Virus record (IMG/VR): IMGVR_UViG_3300014720_000001
Location: 140,622 to 204,621 of that record
Strand: one strand, 5' to 3'
DNA length: 64,000 nucleotides
Shown: one piece after another, positions 1-9,413 of the stretch
Numbering within the stretch: the stretch's first letter is position 1
Layout of the letters: each line of letters begins with the position of its first letter
Notes under the pieces: model-generated
What the model was told of the DNA's origin: nothing
Databases searched by the model: none
Seen by the model: only the letters and a program-made list of their open reading frames with translations
Made by a program: the position numbers and the translations under genes

Positions 1-126
1 CACGTTTGCAAATGTCGTACGCTTGGTGGCCAAATTGTTCGGGTTGGCCGTATCGACAATCGGCAGCATGTCTGTGCTGGCGGGCGCAGACTTGGCCGGA
101 AGTGCGGAAATCTTTTTATTTGACAT
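1..126 (-). CDS. Partial CDS running off the left edge; N-terminus resembles phage virion/tail-fibre proteins
   Basis: Not in ORF track. ATG at 124-126 reads MSNKKISALPAKSAPASTDMLPIVDTANPNNLATKRTTFANV; the KIS.LP...D.LPIVD...TK pattern is common at the start of virion proteins. Confidence 0.55.
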   Translation of the reverse strand, partial: MSNKKISALPAKSAPASTDMLPIVDTANPNNLATKRTTFANV

Positions 127-196
127 GTGTTGCCATCCGTGCGCGTCGGGGTATTGCTATTTTAATCTGTCAACACACGACAAAAAACTGCCGCAA

Positions 197-499
197 TTAA
201 AAGTTGTTGTCGTCTTCGTCCTCGCGGCGGGGGCGGTATTTTCGCTTCTTATCGGCTTTTACGCCCTCTAAGTCGTCGGCCGCGCGGTTGAGCCATTTAG
301 CCAGTTTGCGGGCGTCTGCGGGCGACAGCAACGGCAACTGCGACCCAAATACGTCAACCGTGATGCCCGATTCCGTGTGACTACCTGCGTCCCAATCACC
401 AGCCTGAAAACTGACTGTTGGCGAGTCGTCTGGGTTCTTGACGGCGATTACGTTTTTAAATTCTATGTGATCGGGCGTGTTAACAACAACGGTAGCCAC
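197..499 (-). CDS. hypothetical protein
   Basis: 100 aa ORF, GTG start with GAGG RBS, co-oriented. Confidence 0.7.
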   Translation of the reverse strand: MATVVVNTPDHIEFKNVIAVKNPDDSPTVSFQAGDWDAGSHTESGITVDVFGSQLPLLSPADARKLAKWLNRAADDLEGVKADKKRKYRPRREDEDDNNF

Positions 500-502
500 G
501 AA

Positions 503-775
503 TTATTCCTCTTGTAGGTCATCAACAATTACGGGCGTCATATTCCCTACGCGCGTGGCTACAAATTTGCACGCGTAATACTCGTCGGCGTCTTCGCGAG
601 AAAACCCGTCGGCAAGTAATTTGGCGTACAGTTTGGAGCGGCTGTAAACAGGCACGGGGCCGTCGCCGCCGATGTAACCCACCCCGATCAGGGCGCAGTC
701 CATGTTGTCGAACAACACGGCTTCCGGGTTCAGGTCAGCTAGCTCGGCGAGAATGTGGTGCGGCGTTAAAGTCAT
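503..775 (-). CDS. hypothetical phage protein
   Basis: 90 aa, ATGA coupling; D.ALIG...PVYS..K motif seen in phage hypotheticals. Confidence 0.75.
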   Translation of the reverse strand: MTLTPHHILAELADLNPEAVLFDNMDCALIGVGYIGGDGPVPVYSRSKLYAKLLADGFSREDADEYYACKFVATRVGNMTPVIVDDLQEE

Positions 776-1293
776 CGCTTCATCCCCAGTTGGACATCTT
801 CTAGGAATAAGATAGCAATATCGCTTGCGCGGCGGTAGCCCTCGCGCACACCTTTTTGATATTCGGGGTCGCCGGGTGGGGTTGTTTTCTCCGGCATATC
901 GGCAATTGTGGCTAACGCCGCAATAAACCGATTGCGAAGTTTACGGTACTCCGGCGAGTTAGTTACAACAGCGTTTTCAACAGATCTTGTCGGCGCGCAT
1001 ACGTCGGCTTCCAGCGCCGGATTTAAGCCTAATCGCTGCAGCGCCCGAGTGGCCTGCGTCAGCGCGTCAAAGTCGCGAAATGTCTGCGCTGACCGCGGCG
1101 TGTATTTCTGCGCCAGCTCGTGCAAAATCAGGCACAGGTTTGTTATTTCTAGCTCGGCTACGCCCGGCGCCTTTTTGATATTTGCCCGTTCTTCCCGTCG
1201 GCGCGCCTCGTTGCGCGTCAGCTTTACAAAGCGGTCGCGTTCTACCTTTTTCTGTACGACTTCAAAAGCGGCGACCGTTGGCGTCATGCGCAT
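772..1293 (-). CDS. hypothetical protein
   Basis: 173 aa ORF, coupled to neighbours. Confidence 0.7.
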   Translation of the reverse strand: MRMTPTVAAFEVVQKKVERDRFVKLTRNEARRREERANIKKAPGVAELEITNLCLILHELAQKYTPRSAQTFRDFDALTQATRALQRLGLNPALEADVCAPTRSVENAVVTNSPEYRKLRNRFIAALATIADMPEKTTPPGDPEYQKGVREGYRRASDIAILFLEDVQLGMKR

Positions 1294-1934
1294 CCTTTCG
1301 CGGCGGGAGTACGAACTGCGGTGGTACGAGAAACAGACGAAAACAGCTTGTAGATTTCTTCGTGCGTCGAATCAACCGGCGAATCAGCGTTGATGTGATG
1401 CACGATGCTGGCGTGCGGCCGGTAAAGCGCGTGCGTCTTGTACGCCGCCCGCATCCGATGCTGGTCTTCGATGCACCGGCGCTCGTAACGATCTGGCCGG
1501 GTATGGCCGACTGGGCGCCGCTGGCGGACGTTCTCAGGCGCTATGTCCATAAGAAAAAGAATGTCCGGGCAGAGATACGACGTCTCTCGGAAGATGTTGA
1601 TGATCAGGTCAGTCGATATGTTATTTATTTCGCCCTGATACACCAGCGTTGATAGCAACCAGCGATCACAGATCACGACATGATCTTCGGCGAGTAGCTG
1701 CTGGATATGCGCGGACAGCTCAGCCCGCGCGGCCGAGAAAAGCAGCATTTGCGCTGCCGGAGAAATAGGCGCGTCATTGTGCAGCAAGATCTGCCGAATG
1801 GCGGTGCCGATGCTCGTCGTGCCCGGGTCAGCCACAATTGTCGCGGTTATACCTTCTTTGTTTAACCGCTGTGACAACATGCGCGCCTGCGTTGTTTTGC
1901 CGGCGCCATCGATTCCTTCGAAGCAGACGAACAC
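1284..1934 (-). CDS. tmk: thymidylate kinase
   Basis: FEGIDGAGKTT P-loop, DPG.T, LLFSAAR, DRW..S..YQG motifs. Confidence 0.93.
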   Translation of the reverse strand: MFVCFEGIDGAGKTTQARMLSQRLNKEGITATIVADPGTTSIGTAIRQILLHNDAPISPAAQMLLFSAARAELSAHIQQLLAEDHVVICDRWLLSTLVYQGEINNISTDLIINIFRETSYLCPDILFLMDIAPENVRQRRPVGHTRPDRYERRCIEDQHRMRAAYKTHALYRPHASIVHHINADSPVDSTHEEIYKLFSSVSRTTAVRTPAAKGCA

Positions 1935-1948
1935 TGGAGTCCTTTCGT

Positions 1949-2266
1949 TTAGCGGCCGGTGATCTGAAAGCTGGGCGCGTCGCCAGTGATCGGCTTGGTG
2001 ATTTTGCTTTGCGTGCCGGTGATGTTGACAGTCTCACCGGGAACAGGAATGACGAGTTCCGCGGGCGGCTCGAACAGCAGCATTTCGCGACCGTCGGCAA
2101 AACGCAGCGCCAGTCCGTTCGGTGTGTGGCCGACGCCGACTACGCCTTTTGTTGCCAGCCATGTTGCCGCGTATTCACAAAACGCGCGCAGCTGATCGGT
2201 AACCAGCTCAGACTTTTTTGCTGTAAAGTCGTCAAGGATGTTATTCAACACTTCGCTTGCGGGCAT
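1949..2266 (-). CDS. hypothetical protein
   Basis: Start re-called at MPASEV (2266), preceded by AAGGAGG. Confidence 0.7.
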   Translation of the reverse strand: MPASEVLNNILDDFTAKKSELVTDQLRAFCEYAATWLATKGVVGVGHTPNGLALRFADGREMLLFEPPAELVIPVPGETVNITGTQSKITKPITGDAPSFQITGR

Positions 2267-2993
2267 AACGAACCTCCTTCTTCTTTTTTGTTGGCGCCGA
2301 TTCTTTTTCAGCGGCAGCGGCGCGTTCTCGTATCCCGGTTGTATGTTGCGCCACGAGTTTGTCAAGTTTCGCCTTATGCCGACATTCTTTGATTGCGCGG
2401 CTGACGTCACCCAACAGATTACGGGCAGCGTGCGAGAACAAGCGCAAAACATAAAAGCGCTCGGTGGCGCGCAGCGCGAGTAAATCACCGTCAAGCTGGG
2501 TAAGCAGTTTTTTGGCTTTTGGAATAGCCGTGGTGCCTCTGGCGTTGACCAGCGTCATAATATCGCGGGCCGTGCAAATGATGTCCGCGAGCACAATGAT
2601 CTGCGCGCCTACTGGGCTACCGCTGACACGCCCCCGAAACTCCATATCGCGTTTTGTCTCAACCATGCGGAAATCGCGGCTAATGTCGGCAACCATGGCA
2701 GCGACCTGAACCGTCGAAATTTCGGCAATATTCTCAAACGCGCAGGCGCTCACGTTCAGCACGTCATGGAGCAAAGCGCCCTGAATGATGGCCGAAATGC
2801 TTTCTTTGCTGTCGTCCGGAAGATAATCGGCGCGTACGTCCTGATACAACTTGTGCGCAATCGTCTCCGCCTGCTGGGCCACCTGTTTACTGTGCGCGAT
2901 TAACTCTACGCCAACAGCAGTGTGCAGATCGCGGTAGTGCTGCGCGGCAAATGTCAGTATGTGCTGCAACGGCGACTCAATTGGTTTTTTCAT
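2241..2993 (-). CDS. SpoT/Mesh1-like HD-domain protein, possibly inactive
   Basis: FAAQHY...IAHSKQVA...GALLHDVL...VAAMV...IIVLADII follows the SpoT/Mesh1 hydrolase layout; ED and HN motifs missing. Confidence 0.7.
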   Translation of the reverse strand: MKKPIESPLQHILTFAAQHYRDLHTAVGVELIAHSKQVAQQAETIAHKLYQDVRADYLPDDSKESISAIIQGALLHDVLNVSACAFENIAEISTVQVAAMVADISRDFRMVETKRDMEFRGRVSGSPVGAQIIVLADIICTARDIMTLVNARGTTAIPKAKKLLTQLDGDLLALRATERFYVLRLFSHAARNLLGDVSRAIKECRHKAKLDKLVAQHTTGIRERAAAAEKESAPTKKKKEVRYARKRSVE

Positions 2994-3010
2994 TGCATCT
3001 CCATGTGCCC

Positions 3011-4054
3011 CTATACAAGTTTAAGTAGTGTTTGCCAGCCAAGATCAAACGACTTACGCCGCGTCGAGAGGTTGTAATTCACGCGTCGATTTAAGTTATC
3101 AATATGGTTTGGCTCCGCAATCAACGCTTGTAAAGTCGTAATCAACTTTTCGTAGTCCGGGGCGGCGTGCGGAACACCGTTCTCATCGTAGTCTACGCGT
3201 GTTTTGACAAGCACGCCGTTTGCGTCTTGATACACGAAGTCAATTTGCGGCGATAGTGCAAAAGACAAAATAGGTGTACCGCAGCTAATCGAGGTCAAAC
3301 CGCAAAAACCGTAGTTGTCGCATTCGGCCGGAAAAAGCGTAAGGTCGTGCGCGGTGTACATAGCCGGTCGTTTGGCCAGCGGTACGTTGCGCACAACTTT
3401 GACGCGGCCGGCTGTCTTGCGCCCGAGCGTCTGAAAAAACTTAGCGACAGACGGCGCAAACCGGCACGACGTAATCGCAACCGTGAGCTGTGCGTCCGGC
3501 ATGCGCTCCAGCAAATAGCCGAGCAGCCCAAGAAACTGCCCGTTTGCGCAGCGAGCATTTCGGTCAAACCACGGTAAAAATATCTTTACCTGCCGGCTGT
3601 TGACGGTTTTAGTTTTCTTAGTCGCCGGCAAGCCAACGTCAAACGGAATGTAAGTGACGTTTTTAAATTTGTAGACCTTGTTAAACAATTCGCGCGATTC
3701 CGAGTTCATCGCAATCACATGATCGACGCGCTGCATAACTTTGCGAAACGGCCGCGCTAGTTCTTGCCACATCGGCACGATAATCGTGCGCACCCCAAAC
3801 CGGCGCACGTAATTCAACGTGTCAAGCTTCGGCGGCTGCGTCCAAATAATCGTGTGGCAAGTTTTAGCCCACCGCGTAAAGGGGCACTTTTTCTTGTGCA
3901 CAACCGCGCGGTCGTACGCGGTGTGCAGCTTCGCCGGGGCTGCATCTGCGTACAGTGAGCACTCGGCGCCCTGTGCGCGTAAAAAATCGGCCAGACGAAT
4001 TGCAAAGTATGCTTCGTCGCAGTGGGCGTAATGTGTATAGATACCGATACGCAT
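3011..4054 (-). CDS. glycosyltransferase, GT-B (GT4-like)
   Basis: VDHVIAMN; C-terminal HDLTLFPAECDNYGFCGLTSISCGTPIL resembles D..V.PS..E.FG....EAM..G.PV; NGVLV. Confidence 0.75.
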   Translation of the reverse strand: MRIGIYTHYAHCDEAYFAIRLADFLRAQGAECSLYADAAPAKLHTAYDRAVVHKKKCPFTRWAKTCHTIIWTQPPKLDTLNYVRRFGVRTIIVPMWQELARPFRKVMQRVDHVIAMNSESRELFNKVYKFKNVTYIPFDVGLPATKKTKTVNSRQVKIFLPWFDRNARCANGQFLGLLGYLLERMPDAQLTVAITSCRFAPSVAKFFQTLGRKTAGRVKVVRNVPLAKRPAMYTAHDLTLFPAECDNYGFCGLTSISCGTPILSFALSPQIDFVYQDANGVLVKTRVDYDENGVPHAAPDYEKLITTLQALIAEPNHIDNLNRRVNYNLSTRRKSFDLGWQTLLKLV

Positions 4055-4057
4055 TTG

Positions 4058-5977
4058 TCACTGCGCCGGGGCGCCTTGGCCGTATTGTTGCGCCATAAGC
4101 ATTGCGCCGCCTTGTGAGCGGGCCTGCTGCCGAATATCGTCGATGATGCTGGTGACGAGCGCGTGCATCGTCGAGTCGGACCGCTTGAGCTTGATTAGCT
4201 CCGAGTCTTTTACAGACTCAGGCATAGACAGCAGCTGGTTAGCAATAAGCTGCGCTTGCTGCTGTAGATCTTCCGGCGTGCGCGGTACGTTCGGCGAGTT
4301 CTGCCGCTGGGCAAGAAACTGATCGACAGGGCTGGGCGCCTGCCCGGGCATGCCGCCGGCCGGAGCTGCCCCGGGTGCGCCACCCTGCGGCATCCCTGTT
4401 GCTCCGGCACCGGTGTCACCAACACCCGCGGCCATATCGGGCGCTTGACTCATGTCTTTCATCTGCTGCGCCTGCTGCATTTCGGCCTGCATGCGCTCCT
4501 GCTCTTCCGCGTAGATCTTCTCTTCTTCGAGCATCTGCTTGATTTCGTCGCGGTAGTCCAGACCCACGCTGGAGAGGCCCGTGCTCTTGCTGATCTGCTG
4601 ACCCTGCATGAGCTGCAGCTTGGCCATCTGACGGTTGAGATCGTCAGCGTGTGTGACGCGCTGTAACTTGGCGCCCACCGGCTCCCACGACATAACGCGC
4701 GAGACAGACGACACTAACTCGCTTAAAAACAGATTGAGATTGTGCGGGAGGTGACTCCAGTTGGCCTCGAACAGCCGCAGCGCTGCCGGAGCAGCCTGTA
4801 GCGTCAGCGTCCCGTTAAATAGCTCGACGGGCATGCCAATGCACTTCAGTAACGTTTCGAGGCCCTGATCCAATAGGTCGCGCGGGGCGAGCTGCGAGGC
4901 GTCGCCGCCAAGAGCCTGATACTGCACAGGAAACGGCAGGATGTTCCAGCGCGCCGGGTCGGTTCGGCGAGCGCGAATCATCGCATTTACGCGCGCCGTA
5001 AAGCTCGACAAGTTAATTGAGTGCACCGGGTCTGACGACTGCGCGTCGCCGCCGCGGGGCATGGGCGTGATCACGCGAAACGGAATCACGTAATCGAGCG
5101 CGACAGCTTCGTTGTAGCGCTTGAGAATCTGGTAGTACCACGCTTCGCGGAAATTCGCGAGTACGCGCGAGATGCCCCAGCCGCGATTTCGCATGCCGGC
5201 CAGCGCGTCTTCTTTCAGGTGAAAGATAATGCCCTTGTCAAATAACAAATTCTGGCCGTTCTTGATCGCTTGGATAACTTCCCAGCTGGCGCGCTCAAGA
5301 TGATGAAGATGACCCTGTTTGATCAGCGTGCGATAGTCTTCAGGAATCTTCCATACGTACGAACACTCGCCGGTATAGGGATCCCACAAGATATCAATTT
5401 CGTGCGGACTCCAACGCTTGACTGTAATGTGGCCTGTGTCTCCGCTGCGTCGGTCAACGTGCTTCCACGGACCGACGTATTTGCAATTTGGGCAGGTAGC
5501 GTGAAACTGAAAGTTCTGCCACGAGAACGCGCAGGCTTCAGAATTCACGACTCGGTCCAGCGGCATTTCAAAGCCGCAGCGGGCGCAGAACAGATAGCGC
5601 CGAAACGGAACGATCAAACTAGTGAAAGAATTACCGTAGGTCATGTAATCCATGCCTACAGTTTTCAATACGTTTTGTATGCTGAGCGTGTCGGCAATGA
5701 ACGTCTGGTATTTATCTTTCTCTTCGCGGCCTGTCTTATTCTCGCCAACGTCGTAAATTTCAACGTCCGTGATGAAGTAAGACACAACGCGATCAATGGC
5801 CTGCCGATACGGGCCATTCGCGTTCATGATGTATTCTGTCCACCGTAGAGCAGTCTGAATGCTCTCCGGCATTGACAGGCTGGCTACGTCACAGAACGGG
5901 TCGGGAAATCGCTCGTCGGCTTGTACGCCGCGGCCGAGCGAGTTGTAACCCATAGAAGCAGCGGGTAAGAGCGTCAC
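4058..5977 (-). CDS. probable portal protein with CxxC/CxxC insertion
   Basis: 639 aa; AIDRVVSYFIT, DYMTYGNSF, IFHLK...RGWGIS..., Q/M/G/P-rich tail typical of portals. Confidence 0.6.
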   Translation of the reverse strand: MTLLPAASMGYNSLGRGVQADERFPDPFCDVASLSMPESIQTALRWTEYIMNANGPYRQAIDRVVSYFITDVEIYDVGENKTGREEKDKYQTFIADTLSIQNVLKTVGMDYMTYGNSFTSLIVPFRRYLFCARCGFEMPLDRVVNSEACAFSWQNFQFHATCPNCKYVGPWKHVDRRSGDTGHITVKRWSPHEIDILWDPYTGECSYVWKIPEDYRTLIKQGHLHHLERASWEVIQAIKNGQNLLFDKGIIFHLKEDALAGMRNRGWGISRVLANFREAWYYQILKRYNEAVALDYVIPFRVITPMPRGGDAQSSDPVHSINLSSFTARVNAMIRARRTDPARWNILPFPVQYQALGGDASQLAPRDLLDQGLETLLKCIGMPVELFNGTLTLQAAPAALRLFEANWSHLPHNLNLFLSELVSSVSRVMSWEPVGAKLQRVTHADDLNRQMAKLQLMQGQQISKSTGLSSVGLDYRDEIKQMLEEEKIYAEEQERMQAEMQQAQQMKDMSQAPDMAAGVGDTGAGATGMPQGGAPGAAPAGGMPGQAPSPVDQFLAQRQNSPNVPRTPEDLQQQAQLIANQLLSMPESVKDSELIKLKRSDSTMHALVTSIIDDIRQQARSQGGAMLMAQQYGQGAPAQ

Positions 5978-5989
5978 AGGCGCCTCGTG

Positions 5990-6139
5990 CTATTTAGCAG
6001 TATTTTGAACAGTGTCAGCCGCGCGTTTGCGGAAGTCACTATCAAGCGCCTGAACCTGCGCTTTCTTTTCAGCAGGCTGCGGGGCGTCCTCGTGTTCGGG
6101 AGGTGTGACGCCGGCTTTTATAACTCCACACTTTTCCAT
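5990..6139 (-). CDS. small hypothetical protein (49 aa)
   Basis: MEKCGVIKAGVTPPEHEDAPQPAEKKAQVQALDSDFRKRAADTVQNTAK; fills the gap; GAGG upstream. Confidence 0.55.
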   Translation of the reverse strand: MEKCGVIKAGVTPPEHEDAPQPAEKKAQVQALDSDFRKRAADTVQNTAK

Positions 6140-6142
6140 GGT

Positions 6143-7066
6143 TTAAGCCTCGTCGTAATTTGCGCGAATAGCACGCTCAACGAGTAAAACACAGTACTCG
6201 CGGTTATCATAAACATACTGAAATCCCGTCGTATGAACAAGGTATAGTCGGCGGTCGTCACTGATTTGTACAGCCCACGGACGCTGATATGGATCGTTTG
6301 ACGGCGGAAACCAGCGCGCGGCATTTTGTTCAAAACGCAGGTCGTAAATTAACACGATGAAACCGGCCTCCTCGATACTGTCCGGGGAGACCTGCGCAAC
6401 TGACACAATTACGTCGTGAAAAAACGCCGGAACTGTGCCAATTCCCTCTTTTTCAAAGTACAGCAGTTTTTGCGGCGGCCCGGCTTTGTGTGCGGTCGCT
6501 GCGGCTGTCGGTACCGGATTGTTGGACTGCTTTTTTAACCCAAACGCGGCCATCGGACTGTAATTGCGGTCGATCTTTTCAATGGGCGGCATGGCCGGCG
6601 GCGGATCTAACTCAGCCATCATGTCAGCCACCATTTGCTCCTCGTCGTCCTGCGTTTCAAGCGGCAGTGGCGTTGTTGCAGGCACGGGCTTTTTCGCACG
6701 CACAACAGGTACACGCTGCACGCCAGCTTTTTCCATTTTCGACAGCTCTTCAAAAACCATCGCTGCTCTCTCCCTGATGGAATTAATATCATTACCGACT
6801 ATAGCCGCTTGCGCTGTTGCAATGGCCTGTTCGACGGCTGGGCCGGTCATCTGATCCAAGGTAAGCCCGCCGACGTTTGCGCCGTTCGGATCTACAACAT
6901 TGATTTTGATCTTTGTGCGGTCGTGCGGGTTGAAATTAATCGGAATACCGCCGGGCGTCGCGGGGGCTACAATCACGCCCTTAAGCCCCTTGCTGCCGCG
7001 CATGACGTCAAGCATCGTGCGCCCGTTTTCCATGCGCTCACTCGCCGGATCGCGATAGTCAGCCAT
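6143..7066 (-). CDS. hypothetical protein
   Basis: 307 aa ORF with GGAG RBS. Confidence 0.8.
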   Translation of the reverse strand: MADYRDPASERMENGRTMLDVMRGSKGLKGVIVAPATPGGIPINFNPHDRTKIKINVVDPNGANVGGLTLDQMTGPAVEQAIATAQAAIVGNDINSIRERAAMVFEELSKMEKAGVQRVPVVRAKKPVPATTPLPLETQDDEEQMVADMMAELDPPPAMPPIEKIDRNYSPMAAFGLKKQSNNPVPTAAATAHKAGPPQKLLYFEKEGIGTVPAFFHDVIVSVAQVSPDSIEEAGFIVLIYDLRFEQNAARWFPPSNDPYQRPWAVQISDDRRLYLVHTTGFQYVYDNREYCVLLVERAIRANYDEA

Positions 7067-7082
7067 AAAAGCTCCAATAGCT

Positions 7083-7126
7083 AAAAAAAGGGGGCAACGA
7101 GAGGCCGAAGCCTAAACGTTGCCCCC
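7083..7126 (-). terminator. intrinsic terminator
   Basis: Minus strand GGGGGCAACG..AGGC-TTCG-GCCT..CGTTGCCCCC followed by T7. Confidence 0.75.
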
Positions 7127-7399
7127 GAAAGATTCTGAACTCAACTCGGGGCATACCGCGTACAGCTGCGTTTTCGGGATATGAAAATACAGCCGGCCAA
7201 GGGGTACCCCGCCGCCGCACACTAGTTTGACGTGCTCTTCTGTGGGCAGTACTTCTGCTAGTACTTTGCCCGAGAGGAGCTGCGCTACCACTAAACCTGT
7301 TGCATTGTCGTCCGGAAAGAACGGCAACGTACACGGCGTGTCGTCGATGTTTAACAACCACGCCAACGCCGAATCTTCAGGTTTAATAAAGTAACGCAT
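7112..7399 (-). CDS. hypothetical protein
   Basis: 95 aa ORF. Confidence 0.7.
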   Translation of the reverse strand: MRYFIKPEDSALAWLLNIDDTPCTLPFFPDDNATGLVVAQLLSGKVLAEVLPTEEHVKLVCGGGVPLGRLYFHIPKTQLYAVCPELSSESFGGNV

Positions 7400-7415
7400 G
7401 TCAACTAGCTACGGC

Positions 7416-8699
7416 TCAATGCGCAATGCGCATACGAACACTTTCCGAGCACTCAACTGCTACCGCCGAATCATCGTGCTCCGCCGGCCGGTAATTCGAC
7501 CGCTTCGGAACAAAGTCGACTGGCGCCAACAGTTCGCCGCGGTAAGGGAACGGCGTGTTTTGCCACTCCTCTACCCAGTTAACCTGAATCGCGCTGAGGC
7601 GACTCAGCACTAAAGGTTTACCCGGGTTTACCGCCGCTGTAAATAGCTCCTCATCGGTCGCTTCGCGCTGCGCCCGCTTTGGAGCCTGCATCCGCAAATA
7701 CGTCGCGGCTGCTGACGGCATCTGATCAATCGCCGTCTTGACATCAATTTTCACTTCCAGCGGCTGCTCCGGTGACAACAGCGCGTCACACATCTCGCTT
7801 TCGGTCGGCTTGATATCGCCAACCTCGGCGTACATTCCGCTGAGAATGTCATCCAGAATCCACTGCGGCATCCCTTCAGCCGTCTCCAGCCCGTGCCGGG
7901 CCAGAATCTTGCCGGCCGGATTGGGTAGCGACACGGTCATATCGCTAACCGAACCAAAGGGATTCCTATCTATCGCGCCCAACACAGGCGAAAAGTCTTC
8001 AATCGCAGCGTCGTGCCTGATTGCCTTGGTTACGTCCTTTGCCGATTCTTTGGCAAGCGCAGCAACGTTAATGTAACTTTTGTTGCCGAACTCCTTAACC
8101 ATGCTGTCGCGCAGCTTTCGGCGATACGTTTCAACCAGCTCGGCCGGGGCGTTCTGGACGGCCAGCGCAGTCAACTTATCTTCGTCGATCTGCATGTGGT
8201 TACGTACCGGAACATAAACCGTCGGCCATCGGCACGGGTCGAACGCCATCGGTTCGCCCCGTCTGTCGCTGTAACCGTAGTTGCAGATGTTGTGCAACAT
8301 GTCACAGCCACGCTTCGCATTGAGCTTGTGCTTGTAGTTACGTTTATTCAGCTGCGGCCCAAAGCCCTCGTACGAAATGGGCGCACGGAAGTCCCACTTG
8401 CCTAGGGTTTCAAGCCACACACGACCAGACCTGTCAGCCAGCGCCATCACTGCAGACAACGTAAGCCCGGCGTGCTGCGTAACTTCGAGCACTAACGCAG
8501 ACGGACGAACACTATCACCAAATCGACGAGTCGGCGAATCGAATTTCTTACCCTCACCGGCTAGCCAGCTGACCGCTACGAGTCCTTCGCAACGGCCGGC
8601 GACGCGATCGAACGCCGCGATAATGTCCATCTGTGTTTTCGCAATATTCACTGCTAACTCCTTTTCTTGAAATACCATCCCTGTCGGATTGAGTTCCAA
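7416..8699 (-). CDS. hypothetical protein (start uncertain)
   Basis: Up to 427 aa ORF. Confidence 0.75.
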   Translation of the reverse strand: MELNPTGMVFQEKELAVNIAKTQMDIIAAFDRVAGRCEGLVAVSWLAGEGKKFDSPTRRFGDSVRPSALVLEVTQHAGLTLSAVMALADRSGRVWLETLGKWDFRAPISYEGFGPQLNKRNYKHKLNAKRGCDMLHNICNYGYSDRRGEPMAFDPCRWPTVYVPVRNHMQIDEDKLTALAVQNAPAELVETYRRKLRDSMVKEFGNKSYINVAALAKESAKDVTKAIRHDAAIEDFSPVLGAIDRNPFGSVSDMTVSLPNPAGKILARHGLETAEGMPQWILDDILSGMYAEVGDIKPTESEMCDALLSPEQPLEVKIDVKTAIDQMPSAAATYLRMQAPKRAQREATDEELFTAAVNPGKPLVLSRLSAIQVNWVEEWQNTPFPYRGELLAPVDFVPKRSNYRPAEHDDSAVAVECSESVRMRIAH

Positions 8700-8859
8700 A
8701 GTGTTTCGACGAATATAAGGCCCACTCGTTCGGCGTTACGACAATTTCTTCGTAGTCCCCATCGGAAGTCTTGTCATAAAACTGAATAAGTGTGCGAGTT
8801 ACATCTAAAACTTCTTGCCTGCGAACAGGCCGTCCTTGGAATCTCACAACGTTACGCAA
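8554..8859 (-). CDS. hypothetical protein
   Basis: TTG start after GGGGGA; overlaps next ORF. Confidence 0.4.
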   Translation of the reverse strand: MRNVVRFQGRPVRRQEVLDVTRTLIQFYDKTSDGDYEEIVVTPNEWALYSSKHFGTQSDRDGISRKGVSSEYCENTDGHYRGVRSRRRPLRRTRSGQLASR

Positions 8860-8965
8860 ACATCAGTCCCCCTTACAGCGCTATAGCTGCAGTTATTAAT
8901 GCGGTCCGCGCTAAACGATAAAGCGCAGTACAATAAATATGCCAGCTTATGCCGAAAAATTTAGT

Positions 8966-9412
8966 TCAGCTGTCGGGGTCTGGCAGCACGCCGTCGAAGA
9001 CGTTTAAAGAGCCGTCGTCTTCGTCAGAGAAGAAGTCGCCCGAGTTTACAGACGACTTTGACGCGGTTGGCGATTTGATTTCTGGCGGCGCTTCTAGATG
9101 AATCGGATCAAGGCCGAGATAGCCTGTGTCATCTGGCTCTAGCTCGTCCTGCTTGATATCAAAAAGCGGAAGGTTGCCCCACGGCGTAAGAAGGTGTCGA
9201 AACGGCGGTTTAGATATCGCCAGCCGCGTGCCGGCAAAACTGAACACGCTCACATCACGATCGACTAGCTCTTTCAATCGCGCTGTTAGCTTTTCAAGGG
9301 TGTCAAACTCTTCAACCTTAAACTCGCCGTCAGCCGTGAGCATAGCCGCGTAATAACGCTGCGTCTCGATGGGGTTCGGCTTATCGGCTTCGGGCTGCGG
9401 TTGTTCAGTCAT
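8966..9412 (-). CDS. hypothetical protein
   Basis: Start re-called at MTEQPQ; acidic C-terminus. Confidence 0.75.
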   Translation of the reverse strand: MTEQPQPEADKPNPIETQRYYAAMLTADGEFKVEEFDTLEKLTARLKELVDRDVSVFSFAGTRLAISKPPFRHLLTPWGNLPLFDIKQDELEPDDTGYLGLDPIHLEAPPEIKSPTASKSSVNSGDFFSDEDDGSLNVFDGVLPDPDS

Positions 9413-9413
9413 G

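Noticed and set aside
4210-4560. CAG-rich repeats in the portal 3' region
   Set aside because: Explained by the Gln/Met/Gly/Pro-rich low-complexity protein tail
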